From assembly GCA_021771635.1 (NCBI GenBank), contig JAETOQ010000006.1, positions 1,908-65,907 on the forward strand: a DNA stretch of 64,000 nt, written 5' to 3'. The stretch comes from Oscillospiraceae bacterium (lineage in GTDB: Bacteria > Bacillota > Clostridia > Oscillospirales > Oscillospiraceae). Of this stretch, positions 18,276 to 27,289 are shown one piece after another. A model generated the notes under the pieces. The model worked only from the letters and a program-made list of their open reading frames with translations, searched no databases and had not been told where the DNA came from. The translations under genes and the position numbers were made by a program. Numbering within the stretch: the first letter of the stretch is position 1; every line of letters starts with the position of its first letter.

Positions 18276-18707
18276 TCAAGTCTTTCCGTGGATCTGCGCG
18301 CCGCATTTGGGGCAGGTGATGATGATCTTCCCCTTCCCCACCGGCACCCGGCAGATGGCCTTGCAGTTTTTGCAGGTAAAATACTTGTGTTCCTTATCCG
18401 CGTGGCGCTCCTTCGCCCCCGCCCGGCGGTTTTTGATATTCCAGATCCCACGCATGAATCTGGAATTTTCCTCCCGCCGCTTGTACAGGTTTTTGGAGAG
18501 CATCCGGAACAGGATCAGGACCATCAGCGGCCACATCACGATCTCACAGACCAGCATCATCACCTGCAGCTTCGCAAAGGAGCAGATGATCTGGGCCAAA
18601 AACAGGATCAGGTATCCCCGCAGCAGCGTCACGTTCAGCTGGTCCATCCCGTTGCGCCCGTACATGAACCGCGCGATGGCATTTCCGGTTTTTTGGAAAA
18701 AACTCAT
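18276..18707 (-). CDS. membrane protein with C-terminal zinc ribbon
   Basis: Two TM helices, then CKNC..(17)..CPKC. Confidence 0.65.
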   Translation of the reverse strand: MSFFQKTGNAIARFMYGRNGMDQLNVTLLRGYLILFLAQIICSFAKLQVMMLVCEIVMWPLMVLILFRMLSKNLYKRREENSRFMRGIWNIKNRRAGAKERHADKEHKYFTCKNCKAICRVPVGKGKIIITCPKCGAQIHGKT

Positions 18708-18755
18708 AGCTCCCAAACTCCTTTACCGACGTATCGGCCCGCCGGCTCATTTTTT

Positions 18756-18913
18756 AAGGCAGCACCGCATCGTTCGGCAAGAGCGGATGGCCGGAAAATT
18801 TTCGTCAGAAAAAGGCGTGAAAACCCAGGAATACTTTGTGTGTTTCAAGTTTTCACAACGCATTTATGGCGAAAATTCTCGGTCATACGCCGCGGACGCA
18901 ATTGTGCGGTGAT
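18756..18913 (+). repeat. Family A MITE-like palindromic repeat, copy 2 of 2
   Basis: Collinear with 1647-1809 (AAGGCAGCACCGCA...GCAATTGTGCGGTGAT). Confidence 0.85.
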
Positions 18914-19046
18914 ATTTTATATTTTACTCGCAAAGCCGCCGCCAGACAACCACTTTTGGGCGGAATTTACAAAATGGTCATTTATTTCTTCTGTTTCCTG
19001 TGCTATATTTTAGTGTTGTAAAAAAATACGAAGGAGTGCATTTCCC

Positions 19047-20930
19047 ATGGCAAAAAAACAATTCAAGGCGGAGTCCAAGCGGCTGCTGGACCTGATGATC
19101 AACTCCATCTACACCCACAAGGAGATCTTTCTCCGGGAGATCATCTCCAACGCCAGCGACGCCTGCGACAAGCTGTGCTACCAGGCGCTGACCGATGATT
19201 CCGTGGGCATGAGCCGCAAGGACTTCAAAATCGAGGTAAAAACCGACAAGGAGAACCGTCTGCTCACCGTGTCCGACAACGGCATCGGCATGGACAAGTC
19301 GGATCTGGAGAACAATCTGGGCGTCATCGCCTCCTCCGGCTCCTACAAGTTCAAGCAGGAGGTGGGGGACGACGCCAAGAACACCGACGTCATCGGCCAG
19401 TTCGGCGTGGGCTTCTACTCCGCCTTCATGGTGGCGGACCACATCACCGTGGTGACGAAGAAGTACGGCGCGGACACCGCCTATATGTGGCAGTCCTCCG
19501 GCGCCGACGGCTACACCATCACGGAGTGCGAAAAGGATTTCGTGGGCACCGACATCATCATGCACATCAAGCCCGACTCCGATGACGAAAAGTACAGCGA
19601 ATTTCTGGAATCCTGGCGGCTCCAGGAGCTGGTGCGGAAGTACTCCGACTACATCCGCTTCCCCATCCGCATGGAGGTCAGCAAAACCCGGAAAAAGGAG
19701 GGCTGCCCCGATGACAAGCCGGAGTACGAGACCTACACAGAGGAAGAGACTCTCAACTCCATGGTGCCCATCTGGCAGCGGCGCAAGTCCAGTGTGAAGC
19801 CAGAGGAGTACAACAAGTTCTACCGGGACAAGTTCCACGACTACACCGATCCCCAGCGGGTCATCGCCGTGTCCGCCGAGGGCGCCGTCACCTACAAGGC
19901 CCTGCTGTTCATCCCCGGTGCCACGCCCTTTGACTACTACACCAAGGAGTATGAGAAGGGATTGCAGCTCTACTCCAACGGCGTGCTGATCATGGACAAG
20001 TGCGCCGATCTGCTGCCGGAGCACTTCCGCTTCATCCGGGGCGTGGTGGACTCCCCCGACCTGAGCCTGAACATCTCCCGGGAGCTTTTGCAGCACGACC
20101 GGCAGCTGAAGGTCATCGCCGCCAATCTGGAGAAGAAGATCAAGAGCGAGCTGGCCAAGATGCTGACGGACGACCGGGACGCCTATGAGACCTTCTGGAA
20201 GAACTTCGGCCGCCAGCTGAAATACGGCGTGGTGGGCGAGTACGGCGCCCACAAGGACCTGCTCCAGGACCTGCTGCTGTTCTACTCCTCCACGGAGAAA
20301 AAGCCCGTCACCCTGGCGGAGTACGTGTCCCGGATGAAAGAGGAGCAGAAATATATCTACTTCGCCGCCGGCGAGAGTCTGGACAAAATCGATAAGCTGC
20401 CCCAGACGGAAAGTCTGAAGGACAGCGGCACGGAGATCCTCTATTTCACCGAGGAGGTGGACGAATTCTGCGCCCAGATCCTCCACAGCTATCAGGACAA
20501 GGAGTTCCGCTCCGTGCTGGACCAGGAGATCGAGGAGGGCGCTGAGAAGAAGGCCGAGGAGGCCGCCGGCGCCCACAAGGCCGCCTTTGACCTGGTGAAG
20601 GAGACTCTGGGCAACACGGTGAAGGAGGTCCGGGCCAGCGCCCGGCTGAAATCCCACCCCGTGTGTCTGACCGCCGGGGAGGGCCTGAGCTTTGAGATGG
20701 AGAAGTACTTCCAGGCCGTTCAGCCGGACTCCGGGATCAAGGCCGACCGCATTCTGGAGCTGAACGTGGAGCACCCCGCTTTCCAGGCGCTGGAGGCAGC
20801 TGTCACCGCCGATCCGGAGAAGGCGAAGAAGTACGCAACGCTCTTGTATGACCAGGCCCTGCTGATCGCGGGCCTGCCGTTGGATGACCCCTCCGGGTAT
20901 ACTGACCTGGTGTGCGAGCTGATGAAATAA
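19047..20930 (+). CDS. htpG: molecular chaperone HtpG (Hsp90)
   Basis: EIFLREIISNASDACDK GHKL signature; 627 aa. Confidence 0.95.
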   Translation: MAKKQFKAESKRLLDLMINSIYTHKEIFLREIISNASDACDKLCYQALTDDSVGMSRKDFKIEVKTDKENRLLTVSDNGIGMDKSDLENNLGVIASSGSYKFKQEVGDDAKNTDVIGQFGVGFYSAFMVADHITVVTKKYGADTAYMWQSSGADGYTITECEKDFVGTDIIMHIKPDSDDEKYSEFLESWRLQELVRKYSDYIRFPIRMEVSKTRKKEGCPDDKPEYETYTEEETLNSMVPIWQRRKSSVKPEEYNKFYRDKFHDYTDPQRVIAVSAEGAVTYKALLFIPGATPFDYYTKEYEKGLQLYSNGVLIMDKCADLLPEHFRFIRGVVDSPDLSLNISRELLQHDRQLKVIAANLEKKIKSELAKMLTDDRDAYETFWKNFGRQLKYGVVGEYGAHKDLLQDLLLFYSSTEKKPVTLAEYVSRMKEEQKYIYFAAGESLDKIDKLPQTESLKDSGTEILYFTEEVDEFCAQILHSYQDKEFRSVLDQEIEEGAEKKAEEAAGAHKAAFDLVKETLGNTVKEVRASARLKSHPVCLTAGEGLSFEMEKYFQAVQPDSGIKADRILELNVEHPAFQALEAAVTADPEKAKKYATLLYDQALLIAGLPLDDPSGYTDLVCELMK

Positions 20931-20936
20931 ACGTGA

Positions 20937-20978
20937 AAATCCCGCCCTCTATTTTACATAGAGGGCGGGATTTTTGTA
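20937..20978 (+). terminator. intrinsic terminator of htpG
   Basis: Stem AAAATCCCGCCCTCTA/TAGAGGGCGGGATTTT followed by a T-run. Confidence 0.85.
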
Positions 20979-21058
20979 TTATTTTTACGTGCAACTTTTC
21001 CGTTTTGACTTTGGGAAGGAGTACTCAAATCAGCCTGATAAACTGGAATTTGCAAGTA

Positions 21059-21502
21059 TCATTTTGCATTTTTTGCATTTCTATATGAAATCGAAATATG
21101 ACTTGGTGCAAACAATACTGATGCAATAATCAATAGCACTGACCTACTCATAATCCCACTAAATAAGAACAACATGGAAGGAATCATAGAAAGTGCTAAT
21201 GATCTGAAAACGCTGTTTTTCTTAAAACATATAATCCAAATTGCACAATAAAGCATTACCAATATGGCATCTACAATCAGATATATTGCAAATGCTTCGT
21301 CAGACCACCACCCGAACCAAGTTCCCGGAATATTGATTATCATGAATCCGAAACAACCCAATCTCCCTACTTGTTCTATGGCCTCAACATATTTATTGCT
21401 CCACTTATTATCAAATCCATCTTTGCACTTAATCGCAAATACAATATTGGGCATCATAATGACTACCATTAAAATCAGCCCAAAAACATTAAACCATTCC
21501 AT
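21059..21502 (-). CDS. small polytopic membrane protein (147 aa) in an AT-rich islet
   Basis: MEWFNVFGLILMVVIMMPNIV... with 4-5 predicted TM helices. Sampled lines are 28-33% GC against about 65% next door. The ORF-track extension to 21991 overlaps the epimerase gene and is rejected. Confidence 0.65.
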   Translation of the reverse strand: MEWFNVFGLILMVVIMMPNIVFAIKCKDGFDNKWSNKYVEAIEQVGRLGCFGFMIINIPGTWFGWWSDEAFAIYLIVDAILVMLYCAIWIICFKKNSVFRSLALSMIPSMLFLFSGIMSRSVLLIIASVLFAPSHISISYRNAKNAK

Positions 21503-21540
21503 ATTATCTACCACCACAAATCCCGATTTGCGGGGCCACC

Positions 21541-22428
21541 TTATTCCTCCACCAGGGACACTGTATAGGCCAAAGTCTTTTCCTCCCCCGGCGCCAGTGT
21601 CACGCACCAGGGCTTGTCCTCGAAGTTCCCGCTCTCGTTGTCGAAAGCGGCGCAGCCCTGCCACGGCTCGATGCAGATGTAGGGCGCCGTCTTGCCGGGC
21701 ATGGTCCAGAAGGCCACCATGGGAAACTCCGAAAAGTCCACCCGAACGCCCCGGCCCGTGTCTTTGTGGCGCAGGCTGACGGTTTTTGACCGCAGCCCCT
21801 GGTAGATCAGCGTATCCACCCGGTCGAACACCCCGTGGTCCAGCGCAATGGTGTCCGTGTGGTCCAGGGGGATGCCCGCCACGCCGCTTTGCAGGCAGCC
21901 GCCCGCGCCCGGCGGGATGGACACGGCGTCCTCCGCCTGGTCGAACACCAGCCGGTAGTCCTCGAACCGCTCCCCCGCTTCCAGCGGGCACCGGAACGCC
22001 GTATGGCCGCCGATGCAGAAGGGCATGGGCACCGTGCCGGTGTTGGCAACGGTGAACCGGGTGGAGAAGCCGTCCTCCAACAGCTGGTGCCGGACCTTCA
22101 GGGAGAACGGGAGGGGATACCGCGCCAGCGTCTCCGCGCTCTCCCGCAGTTCAAATTCCACAAAGTCCCCGCCCTGGGCGGAGACCGCAAATTCACTCCG
22201 CCGGGCGAAGCCGTGGCGGGCCATCTCAAAGGGCTTTCCGCCGATGTTCACCCTGCCGTCCCGCAGGCCGCCCACGATGGGGAACAGCACCGGGTTCCGC
22301 CCGGACCAGTAGGCCGGGTCGCCGCCCCAGATATACTCCGTGCCCCGCCGGTCCCGGAGGGACACCAGCTCGCCGCCCAAAGTCTCCGCCTGGGCGGTCA
22401 GCCCGTTTTTCCGAATCGTCAGCTCCAT
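21541..22428 (-). CDS. aldose 1-epimerase family protein
   Basis: NPVLFPIVGGLRDG and ARHGFAR motifs typical of the YihR/LacX-like mutarotase fold. Confidence 0.8.
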   Translation of the reverse strand: MELTIRKNGLTAQAETLGGELVSLRDRRGTEYIWGGDPAYWSGRNPVLFPIVGGLRDGRVNIGGKPFEMARHGFARRSEFAVSAQGGDFVEFELRESAETLARYPLPFSLKVRHQLLEDGFSTRFTVANTGTVPMPFCIGGHTAFRCPLEAGERFEDYRLVFDQAEDAVSIPPGAGGCLQSGVAGIPLDHTDTIALDHGVFDRVDTLIYQGLRSKTVSLRHKDTGRGVRVDFSEFPMVAFWTMPGKTAPYICIEPWQGCAAFDNESGNFEDKPWCVTLAPGEEKTLAYTVSLVEE

Positions 22429-22441
22429 GGTTCCTCCTCCT

Positions 22442-22735
22442 TTACAGATGGTGGTCCCGCAGGAGCCTTTTCGCCTGCTCCCACAGCTCGTCGCTGACGG
22501 TCTGGACCACCGCCACCTTTTGGACCAGCTCCGGCAGGGCTTTCACCAATTCCGCCTCCACCAGCGTCTCGTTGGTCAGGTCCGCCGAGGGGCACCCGGC
22601 GCACTGGCCCAGCAGCTTGACGTACAGCACGCCGTCCTCCAGGCGGTCGATCTGGATCTCGCCGCCGTGTGCCCGCAGGGCGGGCCGGACTTTTTCGTCC
22701 AAAACCGCTTCGATCTGTTTCAATTCCTCACGCAT
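22442..22735 (-). CDS. NifU C-terminal (Nfu-type) Fe-S cluster carrier domain protein
   Basis: 97 aa with VRPALRAHGGEIQ...GQCAGCPSA (CxxC). The start overlaps the AAA+ gene stop by 8 nt. Confidence 0.75.
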   Translation of the reverse strand: MREELKQIEAVLDEKVRPALRAHGGEIQIDRLEDGVLYVKLLGQCAGCPSADLTNETLVEAELVKALPELVQKVAVVQTVSDELWEQAKRLLRDHHL

Positions 22736-24257
22736 GGCTCTCTCCCTCTCTTTCCGCCGCTTTCGCCGCGGCGATCTCCTCCCGGATACGGTGCCGGGTG
22801 TCGTCAAACAACAGCTCTTTATTGTGCCGGAAATAGGCGTCGCAGCCGAAATTCTCCACAAACCAGCTGGTGTCATAGCCCGCTGTGACCTCCGTCACGA
22901 AGATCACCAGCTCCTGGCCCTGACCGAAGGTCTGCTCCAAAAAGCGGAAGGCGTTGTCGAACTGGGCGCCGGTCTCCGCTCCCAGGGACCGGCGTTTCTC
23001 CACTTCCCCGCCGAACCAGCCCCGCACGGCGTCCATGGCCGCCTCCGGAGCGGTGATCTCCTCCCGCTGAAGGCGCTGGCGGTAGTCCTCCAGGGTGTTG
23101 ATCTCCCGCTGGCCCAGGTCCCGGGTCTCCTTGTCCAGCCGGCCCGCCTCTCTGGCCTGCCTCAGCTTCTCCTGCCGCCGCCGCACCAGCTGGGCCAGCA
23201 CGGTCTGGGGCTCCGCCCCGCCAGCGGTCTTGAACTCCGTCAGGGCACCGTGGAGGGCGGTGGTCAGGGCGTCCTGCCGCCGTGTCTCCCGGGCGGCCTC
23301 CGCCAGCCGGGAGAGCACCAGGCCCATGACGGACAGCTTTTCGTCAAAGGGCGCCTCCCGCAGCTGCAATACGGTGATATTCTGCCACTGTCCGCGCAGG
23401 ATGTCGTCCACATGGTAGGTCCGCTGGTACTTGTAGTACAGCTCCAGATAATTGGCAAAGTCCTTGGCGACACGGGGCAGCTGGATGTACTGCCCCACCA
23501 CCTCCCGGTCCACCCGGAGACCCAGCGCCTCATAGGCCAGGATCAGCTCACTGAGGTCCTCCCAGCCCCGGGCGGTGGCGAACTGCAATCCGTCCACCGT
23601 GGTCTCGATGCGGTAAAAGTTGTCCTTCTTGATGTCCAGATAGGAGATCACCGCGCCGTGGATGCCCTTCCGGCGGGCATACTCCTTCCAGACGGCGAAG
23701 TCCTCCGCCACGTCGATGCGCTTCACCCGGTCCAGCGTCACCACGTCGAAGTCCCGGACCGACTTGTTATACTCCGGCGGGTTGCCCGCCGCCACGATGA
23801 GCCACCCCTCCGGCAAGTGCTGGTTGCCGAAGGTCTTGCACTGTAAAAATTGCAGCATCATGGGGGCCAGCGTCTCGCTGACGCAGTTGATCTCGTCCAG
23901 GAAGAGAATGCCCTCGGTCAAGCCCGTCCGCTCCATCAGGCGGTACACCGACGCCAGGATCTCGCTCATGGTGTACTCGGTGACGGAGAATTCCTCCCCG
24001 CCGTAGGTCCGCTTTTCAATAAAGGGCAGGCCGATGGCGCTCTGGCGGGTGTGGTGGGTGATGGTGTAGGCCACCAGGCCCACGCCGCTTTCCGCCGCCA
24101 CCTGCTCCATGATCTGTGTCTTGCCGATGCCCGGAGGGCCCATCAGCAGCACCGGCCGCTGTCGGACGGAGGGGATCAGGTAATTCCCCAGCCCGTCCTT
24201 TGCCAGATACGCCCGCAGGGTGTTGGCGATCTCCTGCTTTGCCTGTTTGATGTTCAT
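22728..24257 (-). CDS. MoxR-class (AAA_5-like) AAA+ ATPase with long helical C-terminal extension
   Basis: Walker A GPPGIGKT and Walker B ILFLDEINC, with AAGNPPEY downstream; 509 aa. Confidence 0.8.
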   Translation of the reverse strand: MNIKQAKQEIANTLRAYLAKDGLGNYLIPSVRQRPVLLMGPPGIGKTQIMEQVAAESGVGLVAYTITHHTRQSAIGLPFIEKRTYGGEEFSVTEYTMSEILASVYRLMERTGLTEGILFLDEINCVSETLAPMMLQFLQCKTFGNQHLPEGWLIVAAGNPPEYNKSVRDFDVVTLDRVKRIDVAEDFAVWKEYARRKGIHGAVISYLDIKKDNFYRIETTVDGLQFATARGWEDLSELILAYEALGLRVDREVVGQYIQLPRVAKDFANYLELYYKYQRTYHVDDILRGQWQNITVLQLREAPFDEKLSVMGLVLSRLAEAARETRRQDALTTALHGALTEFKTAGGAEPQTVLAQLVRRRQEKLRQAREAGRLDKETRDLGQREINTLEDYRQRLQREEITAPEAAMDAVRGWFGGEVEKRRSLGAETGAQFDNAFRFLEQTFGQGQELVIFVTEVTAGYDTSWFVENFGCDAYFRHNKELLFDDTRHRIREEIAAAKAAEREGESHA

Positions 24258-24272
24258 ATCGTGATCCCTCCA

Positions 24273-25643
24273 TTACAATTGGGGAAGTTCGTCTAAATCG
24301 ATGAGGTCCGGCAGCTCCTCCGCCGTCTCCCGCGCCGCCCTTTCCAGCCCCGGCAGGTCCAGCACCAGGCGGATGGCCCAGGGCGGCATTCTGACGGACA
24401 GAGGCGGCTCCTCCAGCAGGACAAACGCCGTGTCGTAGGGCGGCCGCTTTTGGGGATAGACGCCCATGCCGTCGGTGAAATAGAGCAGGCCCCGCAGACT
24501 GGTGAAGGCCCCCTCCTTTTGGAGCCGCGCCACGTGCTCGAACACCGGGCGGAAGTCCGTGGCGCTGCCGCCGGCCAGTTCAAAATGGTCCATATAGCGC
24601 TTCAGCTCCTCCAGATCGTGAACAGCGGTGTCGGACCGGATCTGGTCGTCACATTGGAGGATACGGATGTTGACCTTGCGGGTAAAGGTCTCCGTGCTGC
24701 GAAGGATGGCGTAGGTGCAGGCCAGGAACTGCCGCACCAGCTCGCCGGAGGTGGACATGGAGGTGTCCACGGCAATGACAAAGTCCTCGATCCGCTTCTC
24801 CTCCTTCGTCTCCGGCGGCTCCACCAGGGGCATGTTGCCGTAGAGCTGGAGACCGTAGGTATAGAACCCGTAGTCAAAGGCGTCCCCGTCCACCGCCATG
24901 ACCTCCCGGGGCACGGCGAACCGCCGCAGAAAAGCCCGGTAGTCCACATCGTCCCGGTTGGCCACCTGGATCTGCTCCAAGACAGCCTCGCCGCCGGTGG
25001 ACTGGCCCGCCAGCACCGTCTCCATGCCGGTCTGTGTCTTTTCCGAGAGGTCCTTCCATGCTTCGTCCTGCCGCTGGCTCTGTTCCTGGTCGTCCCGCTT
25101 TTCCGGGTCCCAGAGGCCGTGGTCGTCCACCAGGAAGGCCCGCTGGAGCTGTGCCCGCTCATAGTCCGACAGGTCCAGCCGCAGCAGGCGGCGGTAGATG
25201 CCCTCAGCGGTGAGCACCGGCATGTCCTGGCGGCACTCGCCGTAGAATTTCCGCTTTGCCGGGGCGGCCCCCCCATCCAGGCAGGGATAGTCCAGCTCGT
25301 CCAGAATGCTCTCCACCGCCGCGTCACAGGCCAGGTCCCACAGCTCCGGGGCCTTGCCCCGCTTCTTCGCCAGGTGCCGCAGCATACAGTGGAGGATCAC
25401 ATGGAGATAGGCCCGGTTTGTATAGATCCGGCTGCGGAGATAGCGGTCCGCCAGCCAGTTCCCGTCGTAATAGAGTGTCTCGCCGTCCGTGGCCAGGGAG
25501 ACCGTCACCCCGCCGCCGGGCTGGAACCGCAGGGCGCACAGGGCCACGTCCAGATAGGGTAGGTTCATATACAGCTCATTGCGGGCGGTGTACAGGATCT
25601 CCCCGCCGATGGCGGAAAGGTCCTTTGGCGGCGTCTTGTCCAT
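24273..25643 (-). CDS. VWA-domain protein with N-terminal metallopeptidase-like domain (DUF2201-like architecture)
   Basis: MIDAS motif VDTSMSTSG (DxSxS) in the C-terminal half. The N-terminal half has HVILH where HExxH is expected. ATG 25643 has an AAAGGGG RBS. Confidence 0.7.
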   Translation of the reverse strand: MDKTPPKDLSAIGGEILYTARNELYMNLPYLDVALCALRFQPGGGVTVSLATDGETLYYDGNWLADRYLRSRIYTNRAYLHVILHCMLRHLAKKRGKAPELWDLACDAAVESILDELDYPCLDGGAAPAKRKFYGECRQDMPVLTAEGIYRRLLRLDLSDYERAQLQRAFLVDDHGLWDPEKRDDQEQSQRQDEAWKDLSEKTQTGMETVLAGQSTGGEAVLEQIQVANRDDVDYRAFLRRFAVPREVMAVDGDAFDYGFYTYGLQLYGNMPLVEPPETKEEKRIEDFVIAVDTSMSTSGELVRQFLACTYAILRSTETFTRKVNIRILQCDDQIRSDTAVHDLEELKRYMDHFELAGGSATDFRPVFEHVARLQKEGAFTSLRGLLYFTDGMGVYPQKRPPYDTAFVLLEEPPLSVRMPPWAIRLVLDLPGLERAARETAEELPDLIDLDELPQL

Positions 25644-25730
25644 TGCGTGCACCCCTTTCAATTAGGAATTGTGGTATTCCGCCGCAGGCGGACTGATTTG
25701 AAGTTGTCTGGCAAATCCGGACTCCAAAAA

Positions 25731-25765
25731 TTCCTAATTCCTAACTCCTAATTCCTCATTCCATC
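25731..25765 (-). repeat. 5 x 7-bp tandem repeat (TTAGGAA-like on the coding strand) between the LRR and VWA genes
   Basis: The plus strand reads TTCCTAA TTCCTAA CTCCTAA TTCCTCA TTCCATC. The last unit overlaps the LRR stop codon. Confidence 0.85.
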
Positions 25766-26741
25766 AAAGCGCAAAGCTTTTATCCAGTCCGCCGGGAAAA
25801 TGCTTGTGCCGCTCTTCCAGCAGCAGCGCCAGGGCCTCCGCGGCCTCCTGCTCCCGGGCCAGGGCGCAGGCCTCCGACAGAGTATCCTGGTCCCAGCGGG
25901 CACGTGTAAGCAGAAACCGCAGGCCCGCCGTGTCCCGCTCCGCCAGCAGCCAGCGGGCCGCCTCCCGGACGTGGTCCTGCACATAGGCCAGGTAGTCCGC
26001 CTCCGCCTGGCCGGTCAGCTCCGCCGGATACCGCAGGCGCCACCAGGCCAGCCGCAGGGCGCAGCCTTTGTCATGCTCCATGCCCAGCATGGGCCGCCAC
26101 AGCTCGTCGTATGCCTTGATGCTCAATTTTTTCTGGTAAAAGCAGTGGTGATAGGAATAGCCCGCGCCATAGATGTTATAGTCAAAATGGTGGGCCGGAC
26201 AGTTTTCCTCATAGACCTCCACATATTCCGGGAAGATCAGCCGGGCGTCCTCTCCGTCCGTCCGGTACAGCGTCACGTCCAGCTCTCTGGGGAGTTCGTC
26301 CGCGAAATAGGCCAGCAGCTCTCCCTCCCGGCCGGTACAGGTCATGTGGAACGTGCTCAGGTCCCGGCAGTTCATCAGGGCGCCGCCGCCCCAATACCGC
26401 ACCGTGTCCCGCAGGCGGAGCGTTTTCAGCCCGGTGCAGTTGAAAAATCCGTAGTCTCCCACCTGAAGCAGGCGGTCCGGCAGGCGCAGGTCCTCCAGCT
26501 CGCTGTTGTCCCAGCGGTCCGATCCCCCCGCGGGGCCGCAGGTGACCAGCACCTCCTCCCCTTCCGGCATGGAGCGGCCGGGTGTCAGGGCGTGGTCGCC
26601 CAATGTTGTCACCGGCAGGCCGAACAGCTCCTCCGGCAGAGCGGCCCTGCGGTCACAGGTGGCCGCCCGCAGCAATGTGATGCCCTCCCGCTCCCGGCGG
26701 ATGGTCAGTCTCCAGTTGTTGACACCGCCGATCGTCTCCAA
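25764..26741 (-). CDS. leucine-rich repeat (BspA/LRR_5-like) protein with helical C-terminal domain, no signal peptide
   Basis: Repeats such as LRLPDRLLQVGDYGFFNCTGLKTLRLRDTVRYWGGGALMNCRDL. No N-terminal hydrophobic segment. Confidence 0.65.
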   Translation of the reverse strand: METIGGVNNWRLTIRREREGITLLRAATCDRRAALPEELFGLPVTTLGDHALTPGRSMPEGEEVLVTCGPAGGSDRWDNSELEDLRLPDRLLQVGDYGFFNCTGLKTLRLRDTVRYWGGGALMNCRDLSTFHMTCTGREGELLAYFADELPRELDVTLYRTDGEDARLIFPEYVEVYEENCPAHHFDYNIYGAGYSYHHCFYQKKLSIKAYDELWRPMLGMEHDKGCALRLAWWRLRYPAELTGQAEADYLAYVQDHVREAARWLLAERDTAGLRFLLTRARWDQDTLSEACALAREQEAAEALALLLEERHKHFPGGLDKSFAL

Positions 26742-26911
26742 TGGCCGCGCCTCCTTCGTTTCATCGTGTCCTGTATCCTTTGTTCACTGAGGGAAGTGTA
26801 TCACAAATCCCCGCCGTTTCCTAGGCCGCGGAAAAAATTTTCAAAAACCCCTTGACACTTCTGTTTATACTGTATATACTGTTCATGTACAGTACGAACG
26901 GAGGAACTTCC

Positions 26912-27289
26912 ATGGAACTCATTATCCGCAATACCGTGAATCAGCCGATCTACGATCAGATCTGTTCCCAGATCAAGGCACAGATCATCGCGGGACAGCT
27001 GGCGCCGGGAGAGGCTCTGCCCTCCATCCGGGCGCTGGCAAAGGACCTGAAGATCTCCGTCATCACCACCAAGCGGGCCTATGACGAGCTGGAGGCCGAG
27101 GGCTTCCTCTTCACCGTGGCGGGCAAGGGGTGCTTCGTGGCGGAGAAAAACCTGGACATCATCCGGGAGCAGCAGCTGAAGGACCTGGAAGCCCATCTGG
27201 CCTCCGCCGTGGAGCTGGCCGGGACCTGCGGCGTCTCGCCGCCGGAACTGCATGAAATGCTGCGCATCCTGTTGGAGGAGGAATCATGA
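26912..27289 (+). CDS. GntR-family (YtrA subfamily) transcriptional regulator
   Basis: IYDQICSQIKAQIIAGQLAPGEALPSIRALAKDLKISVITTKRAYDELE wHTH; short, 125 aa. Confidence 0.85.
   Translation: MELIIRNTVNQPIYDQICSQIKAQIIAGQLAPGEALPSIRALAKDLKISVITTKRAYDELEAEGFLFTVAGKGCFVAEKNLDIIREQQLKDLEAHLASAVELAGTCGVSPPELHEMLRILLEEES

Noticed and set aside
21503-21991. Extension of the AT-rich membrane ORF to a 310-aa protein (21059-21991)
   Set aside because: The upstream 160 codons overlap the aldose-epimerase gene out of frame, are Gly/Arg/Pro-rich, and switch abruptly in GC content. Met at 21502 begins the hydrophobic protein.
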